From assembly GCA_902385225.1 (NCBI GenBank), contig CABMEU010000017.1, forward strand, positions 1 to 57,345: a stretch of 57,345 nucleotides of DNA. Direction: 5' to 3'. The stretch is from an uncultured archaeon. GTDB lineage: Archaea; Iainarchaeota; Iainarchaeia; Iainarchaeales; JAAZKV01. This document shows positions 35,330 to 43,642 of the stretch, piece after piece. Positions within the stretch are counted from its first letter, which is position 1. Each line of letters starts with the position of its first letter. The translations under genes and the position numbers were made by a program. The notes under the pieces are model-generated. The model searched no databases. It was not told the origin of the DNA and was given only the letters and a program-made list of their open reading frames with translations.

Positions 35330-36910
35330 ATGGTTCCTAAAACTCGGCGCGCAATTAGATTAACTCCCCCTGTTGTTGCAGCTCAAATGGATGCTGCGCA
35401 GAAGGCTTTTGCTTCAGGGAACGCAGGGGAAGCGGTAACTCTTGTAAAAGGACTTGTACAAAAACCCCAAATAAAGAATCTTCATAATCCGCGTGTTTTT
35501 GGGAGAATGAATTGGAAAGTGCTTGATGCGAACCCTGAGTTAAAGCAAAGGGCGCTTAATTATGCAAGAGCGCACCTAGAGGACCTTGGAAAAGAGCAAG
35601 TTCATATTGGGGATATCTCGCATGATGCAACACCCGAAACAAGAGGGGCGTTTGCAATTGTAGCCGCGTTTGGCGGAAGAGAAGACCAAGAATTATGCAA
35701 TAGACTACTAAAAAAAACTGGTTTTTCCGCAGGGGGCACCCTTGCAGAGCACACCTCAAATCATATTGAGGGAAGAGAAAGAAGGCAGATAAGAATAAGA
35801 ATTTACAAAGCAAGACCAGGGTATGTTCCGTTCATGCACGGGCAATTACTTGAAACTATACGCCGAGGCAAATCAATGGCGGAAATAAATGAAGCTTTTG
35901 CTGACTTAAAAAAAACTGAGTGGTGGAAGAAAAAAACAATGCAAGTACTAAGAAAATCCGAGCACATCGCTGCGGAAGCGGCTATTGCAAAAGAAAAAGG
36001 AGAGAGTTATTTTTACAAAGCAGGAAGAGCAAAAGCGTTTAGGCATAACGAGGCGGCTAATACACGATTACCTTGGCCAAGACGAGTTCATGCCGCGGAA
36101 GCAATACTCTGGCAGGCAATAGCGACCTCAACAAAATTCAATTTTCAGGAACGCCTCCAAGCACTAATATTGGATCCGGACAAGGTTGTTCAACGATTAG
36201 CAAGAGAAAGCCTTGACCCGCAGGTAAAAGCATCAAAGGAGCGCCAGAATGAAGAAGACTACTTCAAAACTTCATTGAAATGGATACGGACGGGGGAATC
36301 AAATCCGGATGCGATTTATAGGCACATCGCAGAGCTGCCCCCTCCAAAACAAAGAAACTTCTTCATCAAGCTGAAGGAAAGGATGGGGACAAGATTCTTG
36401 CAAAAACCATTCATGATGCCCGTGGATGTTGCGCTTGATGTGATTCCCTTGCTGGAAATGGATGTTGATTCTTACCAGCACAGGGACCTTGAGAGATTAA
36501 TAGGGACATCAGTATTATTTGAAAGAAAAGAGGGGTATGCATCCCCTGGATTCTTTAGGGGACTCCTGCCGAGAGAGTTTGGGGGAGATTTTAAAAAAAC
36601 CGGGTTAGTGAGTTTTGATAGAAGAAAAGCATTGGGTGCGCTTAGGTATGAACTATCAAAAACACTTCCTAATGAACGCCTTAGGCGAAGATACCTTGGA
36701 AATGTAATCCAATCAGTTAAGGCAACAACAAGAGTTCCAATCGAGTTCAAAGAGTCACTTGATGCGATGATTGAGCGCACACCCCTTGATGTTTTTGAGA
36801 GAAGAGCCCCGCTTCCAGTTCGGCAAAACCCAGAACAAGGAAAACAATATCCAACCCAAAGACCTCCAGAAGAACCGCCAGCCAAAGAGATTTATGATAT
36901 CCCCTTTTGA
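35330..36910 (+). CDS. Orphan 526-aa protein with HEAT-like segments; array gene 6
   Basis: MVPKTRRAIRL N-terminus. LDPDKVVQRLARESL is HEAT-like. Pro-rich C-terminus. Confidence 0.6.
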   Translation: MVPKTRRAIRLTPPVVAAQMDAAQKAFASGNAGEAVTLVKGLVQKPQIKNLHNPRVFGRMNWKVLDANPELKQRALNYARAHLEDLGKEQVHIGDISHDATPETRGAFAIVAAFGGREDQELCNRLLKKTGFSAGGTLAEHTSNHIEGRERRQIRIRIYKARPGYVPFMHGQLLETIRRGKSMAEINEAFADLKKTEWWKKKTMQVLRKSEHIAAEAAIAKEKGESYFYKAGRAKAFRHNEAANTRLPWPRRVHAAEAILWQAIATSTKFNFQERLQALILDPDKVVQRLARESLDPQVKASKERQNEEDYFKTSLKWIRTGESNPDAIYRHIAELPPPKQRNFFIKLKERMGTRFLQKPFMMPVDVALDVIPLLEMDVDSYQHRDLERLIGTSVLFERKEGYASPGFFRGLLPREFGGDFKKTGLVSFDRRKALGALRYELSKTLPNERLRRRYLGNVIQSVKATTRVPIEFKESLDAMIERTPLDVFERRAPLPVRQNPEQGKQYPTQRPPEEPPAKEIYDIPF

Positions 36911-36919
36911 ATTAAAACG

Positions 36920-36939
36920 CACTTTCTTGGATACTTTTT
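36920..36939 (+). repeat. Post-stop boundary motif CACTTTCTTGGATACTTTTT (copy 3)
   Basis: Starts 10 nt after the stop at 36908-36910. Confidence 0.65.
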
Positions 36940-36955
36940 GGGTTTGGTGGGAAGG

Positions 36956-36966
36956 TTTAAGTAAAA
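36956..36966 (+). promoter_or_regulatory. TATA box TTTAAGTAAAA with conserved downstream GGTTTGGCGT
   Basis: 30 nt upstream of ATG 36986. Confidence 0.6.
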
Positions 36967-36985
36967 GGTTTGGCGTATTTTTCTT

Positions 36986-37918
36986 ATGGCCGGTTTGAGG
37001 GGAAAAAGGAAAAAGCTTCACTTTGATTTTGATTCGCATTTGGACGGGCAGAAATATATTACTCATAGGGAGCGCCCGCTTAGGGGAAGCAAAACAATTG
37101 TTTTTGAGTTTTCTAGCGGGTTGCCTACAAGAAACCAAAGGGTGTTAAAACGCGTTTTAAAAGAAACGGATGAAGGTACATCTAATTTTCTAAAATCCAT
37201 GGCGCGGTTCACTAAAAACACCGGGAAAAAGAGAATGGTTCCGGGGGAATTTACAAAGACTGGACATTTGAACGTATTACATGAAACTGAACAAATGATT
37301 AGGTCTTTGTTTCTCATCACGCCCACCTTTGGCTTGTTTAAGAATCTTATTGACGTCGCGGTAGAAATTGAAACCAAAAGGCATGCGCTCATTAAAAATA
37401 CCCTAATAAAATCACTAAAAAGGGGCAGAGTTGAGACGAGATACGGCAGCACTCATAGTATTCTTTCAGCGGAACTACGCAGGGAAGGAATTGATTCAAG
37501 CAGAACAATGAAATCAATAGTTAGCACTCACTATGAAAGATTGCTTAGAAGAATTCTCTCAGAAAAACTTGGCGCAAAACCTCCAACCATACTTGATTAC
37601 AAAAGAGCAGCGGTTGATGTCTTGTTTTCAAAAATACTTAATGGTGTTCTAAAAAAGGCGTTTAATAAAAGCACAAAAACTGCTAATTCTTCTGATTATA
37701 GGTTTTTGACGTTATTTGCATCAGTTTCAATAGGGAATCTTAAAGAAGAACAGCTTAATGAAATCATTCAAAGGAATGATCCGTCATTGATACTCAAATA
37801 CAATGGAATTCCGACAATGGGTGAAATTAGGTCGTCAAAAGAAATGAGGGACTTAATGGCAAAAGTACTGGCAAAGTCCTCGTTTTTTAGAAGACAACCC
37901 ACACAAATGAAGAAGTAA
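36986..37918 (+). CDS. Orphan 310-aa basic protein; array gene 7
   Basis: MAGLRGKRKKLHFD N-terminus. No family recognised. Confidence 0.55.
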   Translation: MAGLRGKRKKLHFDFDSHLDGQKYITHRERPLRGSKTIVFEFSSGLPTRNQRVLKRVLKETDEGTSNFLKSMARFTKNTGKKRMVPGEFTKTGHLNVLHETEQMIRSLFLITPTFGLFKNLIDVAVEIETKRHALIKNTLIKSLKRGRVETRYGSTHSILSAELRREGIDSSRTMKSIVSTHYERLLRRILSEKLGAKPPTILDYKRAAVDVLFSKILNGVLKKAFNKSTKTANSSDYRFLTLFASVSIGNLKEEQLNEIIQRNDPSLILKYNGIPTMGEIRSSKEMRDLMAKVLAKSSFFRRQPTQMKK

Positions 37919-37922
37919 TCCC

Positions 37923-37942
37923 CACTTTCTTGGACACTTTTT
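37923..37942 (+). repeat. Post-stop boundary motif CACTTTCTTGGACACTTTTT (copy 4)
   Basis: Starts 5 nt after the stop at 37916-37918. The track's TTG start 37930 lies inside this motif and is probably not the real start. Confidence 0.65.
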
Positions 37943-37986
37943 CCCCTGCATCAGAAGTAAAAAATGATTTGTTCTCACTTTTCCTT

Positions 37987-38802
37987 ATGAAAGATTACTC
38001 AATTAATTCTCCCACCGCTTATTCGGTTGCGCGTTCGCGTGCGCTAAGCGATATTCCTCTTTCTAAGGAAATTGCTGATTGGGCGATGGAGCATGTTGTT
38101 GTTAGGAAGGATAATCTGGAGGCATTTCTTCCAAGAAGGGTGCTTAATGTTGAGGCGAGGTATAAACTAATTGATAAGGTAATTTCTAATCAAAATCCGA
38201 CCCAAATACTAGAACTTGCCTCAGGATTACTCCCAAGAGGATATTTAATGGCAACAAAGGGAGTGACTTTCGTTGAAACTGATTTACCCGAAATGATGGA
38301 AGTAAAGAAGAGGATGCTTAATGAGCTCTTACTAAAATCGCCTCCTACTTTGTTTCTTGAGAAAGCAAATGCCCTTAACCTAAAAGAATTAGAGGGCGCT
38401 TGTAAGCACTTCTCTAGTAAAGAGTCGCTCATAATAACTAATGAGGGGTTGCTGCGCTACCTGAATTTTGAGGAAAAAACAATTGTTGCTCAAAATGTTC
38501 ACACACTTTTAGAGAAATTTGGTGGAGTATGGATAACAAGCGACATAACACTCGCAAAGAGATTCACACCTGAAAGATTAAATAAAATCAAAAACAATAT
38601 TGGAATGGATATCACTCCAAACTTATTCAGGGACTTGAAGCACGCAAAAAAATTCTTTTCGGATTTGGGGTTCACACTCAAACTCCACCCATTCAAAGAA
38701 ATTTACTCCGAACTAGTTTCCCACAAGGGAAAAGAAATACCAAAAAAAGAACTCAAATACGCCCTGGCGTGGTACGTGGCGGAGATGAGGGTGAAGAAGT
38801 GA
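37987..38802 (+). CDS. Class I SAM methyltransferase, leucine-carboxyl/TcmP-like; array gene 8
   Basis: ILELASGLLPRGY (compare the v.LGAGLDTR motif), VTFVETDLPEM, ITNEGLLRYL. Confidence 0.6.
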   Translation: MKDYSINSPTAYSVARSRALSDIPLSKEIADWAMEHVVVRKDNLEAFLPRRVLNVEARYKLIDKVISNQNPTQILELASGLLPRGYLMATKGVTFVETDLPEMMEVKKRMLNELLLKSPPTLFLEKANALNLKELEGACKHFSSKESLIITNEGLLRYLNFEEKTIVAQNVHTLLEKFGGVWITSDITLAKRFTPERLNKIKNNIGMDITPNLFRDLKHAKKFFSDLGFTLKLHPFKEIYSELVSHKGKEIPKKELKYALAWYVAEMRVKK

Positions 38803-38823
38803 CTCATTATGTTGGGCAGTCTT
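38802..38823 (+). repeat. Degenerate post-stop boundary motif ACTCATTATGTTGGGCAGTCTT (copy 5)
   Basis: Overlaps the last base of the TGA stop. Shares the ACTCA head and the GTTGG core. Confidence 0.4.
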
Positions 38824-38842
38824 AACCTTTGTTAAAGACTTT

Positions 38843-39556
38843 TTAGCTGAGTGTGATGAAATCCTTTGTTACTGCCTCAACTTTGTCAATTGCCTCTTTG
38901 CAAACTTTTATCACATCAACATTAGTCCCTTGAAAATTTATTGTCACTATTTTGTTTATTGTTAATTTGTGTGTGGGAGGGGTGAATGCAGGAAGTTGAG
39001 TTGCTGGATTTATTGGCACCCCATTAATGCTTACTCCATTACCAAATCTAACCCCTGTGCGGCTCCAAGTTACTCCACCACCTGGGCCGTTAAATGAAAT
39101 TCTCTCATCAACTACTTTAATATCTTGTAAAGTCAATTTTCTGTGTTTCTCCCGATTTTCTTTTTGTATTTCACTTAACACACTATTTTTTGTATCAATG
39201 AATGGTTGGTGGGTAAGAAGTATATCATATACCTTTTGGTTGGCTGTGATTAACTTTTTGATCTCAGGCTTGTTTGTTTTCTCATCAAAACTTGGTTTGT
39301 CTTTGGCAATTGGGAAATAAAGGCTTGTGCTTTCAGGAAAACCCTTTGCTTCGGAATAAAGATTTATGCATTTGTCTAAGCAAACCCCTGCTTTTATTAG
39401 TGTTTCTTCGGTGAGTTCTGAAGCCCGTGTGCTAATGTTGCCTTTGTTAATGTCTTGTTCAAGTTGTGCTGTGAGCTCTTTGAAAAGTTCCTTGGCTCGA
39501 GAAATTTGGCTTTCAGCAGTTTTCTTTAGAAGTTCATTCATTTTCTCACTTTTCAA
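38843..39556 (-). CDS. Hypothetical protein
   Basis: 237 aa, coiled-coil N-terminus and Gly/Asn-rich C-terminal half (NGPGGGVTWSRTGVRFGNGVSINGVPIN). Confidence 0.55.
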   Translation of the reverse strand: MKSEKMNELLKKTAESQISRAKELFKELTAQLEQDINKGNISTRASELTEETLIKAGVCLDKCINLYSEAKGFPESTSLYFPIAKDKPSFDEKTNKPEIKKLITANQKVYDILLTHQPFIDTKNSVLSEIQKENREKHRKLTLQDIKVVDERISFNGPGGGVTWSRTGVRFGNGVSINGVPINPATQLPAFTPPTHKLTINKIVTINFQGTNVDVIKVCKEAIDKVEAVTKDFITLS

Positions 39557-39718
39557 TTTTTTTTAATTAAAAGTAAACATATTGTTTTAGTTTTTAATGA
39601 TGTCGGGAGTGTTTTGCCGCTGAAAAGCGAAGATCTAGTTTTGAAGAATATACTTGTTGTGAATGGGTTTAGGCGGTTAATTGAAAGGAATAAAAGGAGA
39701 TTTTGTTTGTATTTTTAC

Positions 39719-40225
39719 ATGTTTGATTTGATTGTGGCTGCTATTGGTGGTATAGGGGGGGCTATCGGCGCTATTGGAGGGGGATACACTCTTTATGAAA
39801 AATGGTATAAAAATAAACCGCGATTGGGATTTGAATTTGTAATTCATGGAACTGAAGTAAAGACCAATGGAAATCCTAGCGAGCCAGATAAGGGATATAC
39901 TGAAATTGCAGTTGCATTTGATATTGGAAATATTGGTGGGGAGTCTATTTCAATACATGAGATTAATTTGTATGCTAAAGAAGTGTTGCTTTTTCCAAAA
40001 TCTGCTTATGTTGATAGGAACTCTAGAGAGGTGTTGGGGTCATTTATTTTAAAAGCCGGAGAAATTAGAAATATTTTAATTACTTCAGGTGGTGGGGCGA
40101 GACCGTATTTTGGGAAACAGTTGGGTATAAAAATATCCGTTCATTATTTCCTTAAAGGGGTTAGTGTTGATAAATTCCTTGAAAAAGAATTAAACCTTGG
40201 AAATGAAATTTACCAAGTAATTTGA
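39719..40225 (+). CDS. Hypothetical N-terminally anchored protein
   Basis: MFDLIVAAIGGIGGAIGAIGGGY glycine-zipper TM followed by a beta-rich domain. ATG 39719 preferred over the track's TTG 39614. Confidence 0.5.
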   Translation: MFDLIVAAIGGIGGAIGAIGGGYTLYEKWYKNKPRLGFEFVIHGTEVKTNGNPSEPDKGYTEIAVAFDIGNIGGESISIHEINLYAKEVLLFPKSAYVDRNSREVLGSFILKAGEIRNILITSGGGARPYFGKQLGIKISVHYFLKGVSVDKFLEKELNLGNEIYQVI

Positions 40226-40251
40226 TGAATAACTTTTCTTTGGAGGGTGAG

Positions 40252-41502
40252 TCATTTTTTTCTATGTTTGTTAGTCTCTTTTGTTTCTTGGTTGCTAGAA
40301 AGCATATTTAATGATCCTCCTATGAAGAGTACTGCCGTCACGATGCCAATTATGCTTTCGGCCAATGCAATTATTCGAATTATCGTGCCTTTTGGGAATA
40401 TGTCGCCGTAAGGTGAATTGAAAAAATTTGTTGCACTAAAGTAGTATGAACTAGTCTTCAAATTAAAAATATCTGGGTTTTGGATAAGACTTATATATGC
40501 CCCAGAGTTAGTGTCTATTTCTACTAGTTGGCCGCCCCCAGTAATTCCTTCACAAACTATGGTTGGTCTTGAATTACATTCGGAGAAAACATCAAATGCA
40601 AATCCAAAGAATGTGACTTCTATAATTGTGAATAAAATCAAGGATAAAATAAATGTTGGATATAAATTTTTACTCCTATTCAGGGCCAAATTGAATAGTT
40701 GGTAAAATAAAATAAATGTTGCGATTGAGGTTATTCCAAGACAAATTATTATGGCTTGCGCAAATTCTTGCTGGATGGGGAAAATAAATGCGATAAGTCC
40801 TAATAAAAAGAAGATTATGATTAGTATAAAATGCGTGTTTTCTGGATTTCCTAACCATTTTTCAATGTGTTTTATTTCCATTATATGTATAAAATTACTA
40901 AAATGGTGTTTTAAGTCTTTCTTTGCTTTGTCAAATCCGTTGAGCATTTTGCTAGTTAGTAACATTCCAGTCAGAAAGCAACCATAAACAATGCTTGTTG
41001 CACTTAATTTTGTAAAGGTCCCCAAATTTGGTATAAATGAAATGATGACGGCGATTCCTAACCCGATGATTGCTGTAGCCAAGTATGCCAAGCCAAATCT
41101 AAGTATTGCGTCTTGAGTATATTTTGGTCGTTGAATGCAAAGGTAAACCACTAAGAGAAAGATTGCAGTTGTGTATGTAAGTATTTCATTAGAAATATTT
41201 TCTAACTTTACGGTTATTAGCATGGGGGATATTATCCCAAAGAATAGTATTACTAAATTTATCCTTGGGTGTTTGAAAGTTAATCTGAAATTGATGTGTA
41301 GTAAATAGAAATAGATAAAGTATACAAAAGTGCTTATCAATAATGCATAGATGTTTGTTTCATTGGTCCAAAGAGTTAGGAAAACGGCGCCCAGCGCAAA
41401 TGGTATTAGGTAAGTGGCAAATGTTTGAACATCTTCTACACCAACTCTTTTGGTAAGGGTATTTCTTGTCCATATACTTTTGAGGGTTTTTGCTTTTTTC
41501 AT
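40252..41502 (-). CDS. Multi-pass membrane protein with C-terminal K-channel-like pore domain (variant filter SPYGD)
   Basis: 416 aa, about 8 TM. SYYFSATNFFNSPYGDIFP aligns to the pore-helix/filter pattern YFS..T.TTVGYGD..P. An inner helix IIRIIALAESIIGIVTAVLFIGG follows. Confidence 0.6.
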   Translation of the reverse strand: MKKAKTLKSIWTRNTLTKRVGVEDVQTFATYLIPFALGAVFLTLWTNETNIYALLISTFVYFIYFYLLHINFRLTFKHPRINLVILFFGIISPMLITVKLENISNEILTYTTAIFLLVVYLCIQRPKYTQDAILRFGLAYLATAIIGLGIAVIISFIPNLGTFTKLSATSIVYGCFLTGMLLTSKMLNGFDKAKKDLKHHFSNFIHIMEIKHIEKWLGNPENTHFILIIIFFLLGLIAFIFPIQQEFAQAIIICLGITSIATFILFYQLFNLALNRSKNLYPTFILSLILFTIIEVTFFGFAFDVFSECNSRPTIVCEGITGGGQLVEIDTNSGAYISLIQNPDIFNLKTSSYYFSATNFFNSPYGDIFPKGTIIRIIALAESIIGIVTAVLFIGGSLNMLSSNQETKETNKHRKK

Positions 41503-41558
41503 TCTAAATTACTTAATTTAACAATAGATTTTTAATACATAACTTGTGGGATTTATCT

Positions 41559-41870
41559 ATGCCTGAATGGGAATTTGATCAGCTTTGGATTTCTCCAGAG
41601 ATAAAGGAAAGGGTTTATGGGGGCAAGGGTGTCATTAGGCAATCTGGTACGGGTCTATTGGAAATTGTGGGCTTACATGCGGGGAATATTATGGCTCTGT
41701 TAGTGGGATTATTATTAATTATCTTGGGCGGGGTAGTAATGCGTTTGCCAAATTCTGCAATTTTAGAAGACAAAGTTGTCCCGCTTGGTCTTGGATTGGC
41801 TGTATTGAGTGTTGGGGTTTCTCTATTTTGGCCTGGGCTGCAAGGTTTAGAAAAATATTGGAATAAATGA
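41559..41870 (+). CDS. Small 2-TM membrane protein
   Basis: MPEWEFDQLW... with helices IMALLVGLLLIILGGVV and LGLGLAVLSVGVSLFW. Divergent from the channel gene. Confidence 0.5.
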   Translation: MPEWEFDQLWISPEIKERVYGGKGVIRQSGTGLLEIVGLHAGNIMALLVGLLLIILGGVVMRLPNSAILEDKVVPLGLGLAVLSVGVSLFWPGLQGLEKYWNK

Positions 41871-41965
41871 TACATAACATTATTAACATTGCCTTGCCTT
41901 AAATTCATTATAGTTTTGACCAACGTTGGGCGCCTTTTTGTCTTAATCAGTATTGTACTCTCTCT

Positions 41966-42003
41966 CCACTTCTATCCGTCGTAACCCTATTTTTCCCAAC
42001 GTC
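41966..42003 (+). repeat. Direct repeat unit R1 (CCACTT-N-TCGT-N-ACCCTATTTTT-..CGT) in the 430-nt noncoding region
   Basis: CCACTTCTATCCGTCGTAACCCTATTTTTCCCAACGTC. ACCCTATTTTT at 41984-41994 recurs exactly 117 nt downstream. Confidence 0.55.
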
Positions 42004-42082
42004 AACTGACGTATCTTTTCGTTAAAACCCTTCAAATAGCCAATTTAACGCATTCTAGCGGTTTTTCGCGCCACGTTTTGCC

Positions 42083-42120
42083 CCACTTTTGCTTCGTTTT
42101 ACCCTATTTTTAACCTCGTT
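42083..42120 (+). repeat. Direct repeat unit R2; overlaps CACGTT-N6-CACTTTT dyad (42072-42090)
   Basis: CCACTTTTGCTTCGTTTTACCCTATTTTTAACCTCGTT. An inverted AAAGTG-N5-AAAGTG lies at 42231-42247. Confidence 0.55.
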
Positions 42121-42300
42121 GTGCAGTATAATCATTCTTATCCTGCAAGTTTCCTAAGTAAAATACTGAAGAAAATGAAAAAGTGCCCTCAATAAGTTAG
42201 TAGTGGAAGCACGGCACCGTAGGGTGGCGCAAAGTGGCTTAAAAGTGGGTTTAGGGGCGAAAGGCTTAAATTGAAGAAAGGCGTTGGTTTGTGGGTTATT

Positions 42301-42663
42301 ATGACAAGCTTGAGAAGAAAGGCAATTAAGGCAAGGAGAAGCTGGAATAGGGTGTTAATGGAGGCCCAAACCGGGGAAGGCCCAACCTCTGCTTGGCAAA
42401 GCAGTAAAAGGACAAATGTAATTAATCGCCTTGATATTGCCCTAAAGAGGCGTTTTAGCGCAGAGAAACGCTTGCATTTATCCGGCATGCCTGCAAAAAA
42501 GGCAAAATTAGTGTGGGGCAAAAAGGAGTGGGATACTGGTGCTGGCGGCGAGCATAAATTAACCTATTTCAGTAAAGGGCACCAAAAGGCAGAACAACGA
42601 AGAGGGAAAGCGCAATTAAAACGAAGTAAAAGAGCGTTTGATAATGCGAGAAAATCCCTTTAA
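42301..42663 (+). CDS. Hypothetical highly basic protein (orphan)
   Basis: MTSLRRKAIKARRSWNR... TATA-like GGCTTAAATTG 35 nt upstream. ATG 42301 preferred over the track's TTG 42271, which lies inside the TATA. Confidence 0.5.
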   Translation: MTSLRRKAIKARRSWNRVLMEAQTGEGPTSAWQSSKRTNVINRLDIALKRRFSAEKRLHLSGMPAKKAKLVWGKKEWDTGAGGEHKLTYFSKGHQKAEQRRGKAQLKRSKRAFDNARKSL

Positions 42664-42720
42664 GTAATAATTTGTTATGTATAAAGAAAGCCTTTTATTG
42701 TTCGGTGCCATAAACTTTGT

Positions 42721-42990
42721 ATGCCTGTGCCACGTTATAAGAAAGAGCAAAGAAATGCCTTAAGAGTAAAGAGAGAGCTAAATCCATTCTTTGCGGACCT
42801 ATTTCCTACAGATAAAGAAAGAATACAATTTGTCCGGACTGCGGCAAAATCAGCCCCATTTGATCCACTTAGAGTTAGCCCAAATAATGCTGGGGCCAAA
42901 TCATTGGCGGATAGAAACAAGTTAAAATTCATTCAAAGAGAACGTGTTGCGGGGCTGCTCGCGGCCAGAACAAGGGGCAAATTACCTTAA
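42721..42990 (+). CDS. Hypothetical basic protein (orphan)
   Basis: MPVPRYKKEQRNALRVKRE... TATA-like TTTTATTG 28 nt upstream. Confidence 0.5.
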   Translation: MPVPRYKKEQRNALRVKRELNPFFADLFPTDKERIQFVRTAAKSAPFDPLRVSPNNAGAKSLADRNKLKFIQRERVAGLLAARTRGKLP

Positions 42991-43124
42991 AATCCATTTT
43001 TTCTTTTCTCGCCAAGGTTAGAAATGTCCTATATTTTGTGTAAAAATAAGTTGTTTGAAAGAATTGACTCTTGGTTATGTAGCCAAAAGAGGGGATTCTC
43101 TCTGTGGAATAATCTTTTTCCTTA

Positions 43125-43142
43125 AGACAATAATTATTGTCT
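43125..43142. terminator. Perfect 18-nt palindrome AGACAATAATTATTGTCT between convergent genes
   Basis: Read directly. Could act as a bidirectional terminator hairpin, but the T tracts are weak. Confidence 0.35.
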
Positions 43143-43192
43143 GCGGCGTTTATTTGCCTTTCTTGATTTAGTTGTTCTTTTAAGGAAACAAA

Positions 43193-43642
43193 TTATCTCC
43201 TCTTCACAAGCCCTCTCTTCCTGAGTATTCGGATTGTTTTTCTTCTCATGCTCCAAAATCTGCCGATTAGTGTTCCGGCAATTACACAGAAACCAAATGC
43301 CCCTGCTGCTGGACCGCTAACCCAAGCGCTGAATATTTGGGTTCGAAAAATCGCAAAAATCATGTAAATAACCAGAACAATTATTCCAATCCAATCCATT
43401 CGTGAAACAACTTTGTTGCTCTCCTCATGCCATGTTATGTTGAACATCCTTCCTGCAAAGAAGCCCACGAGTATTCCAATTAGTATTCCTGCGAGCGCGA
43501 GCGGAGCATTAATCGCCCCCATAAAAATATCATATGTAATTAACACAAGCAGAGCGAGAATTATAATGGCGAAGAGCGCCATGCGCATCCTTAATTTTCT
43601 GTCAACAAACCGCTTAACTATTTTGTGTCTTTTTGAAGGCAT
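43193..43642 (-). CDS. Hypothetical 4-TM membrane protein
   Basis: 149 aa, basic termini, four hydrophobic helices. Confidence 0.6.
   Translation of the reverse strand: MPSKRHKIVKRFVDRKLRMRMALFAIIILALLVLITYDIFMGAINAPLALAGILIGILVGFFAGRMFNITWHEESNKVVSRMDWIGIIVLVIYMIFAIFRTQIFSAWVSGPAAGAFGFCVIAGTLIGRFWSMRRKTIRILRKRGLVKRR

Noticed and set aside
39595-39680. Possible C/D-box sRNA (AATGATGT ... CTGA ... TGAAGA ...) in the divergent intergenic region.
   Set aside because: The C box is imperfect, the C-to-D' spacing is 16 nt rather than ~12, no terminal CTGA D box is present and there is no terminal stem. Not supportable without a covariance-model scan.
41940-42260. Archaeal replication origin with ORB/mini-ORB elements (CCACTT-containing repeats).
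   Set aside because: The repeats do not match the ORB consensus as I remember it (TCCAGTGGAAA-like). No cdc6/orc1 gene is adjacent and no long AT-rich unwinding element is obvious. Retained only as one of several hypotheses in the finding.
42189-42521. 110-aa minus-strand ORF spanning the noncoding repeat region and the 42301 gene.
   Set aside because: It is antisense to a gene with a properly spaced TATA box. The upstream part covers repeat DNA. Leu/Phe-rich shadow composition.
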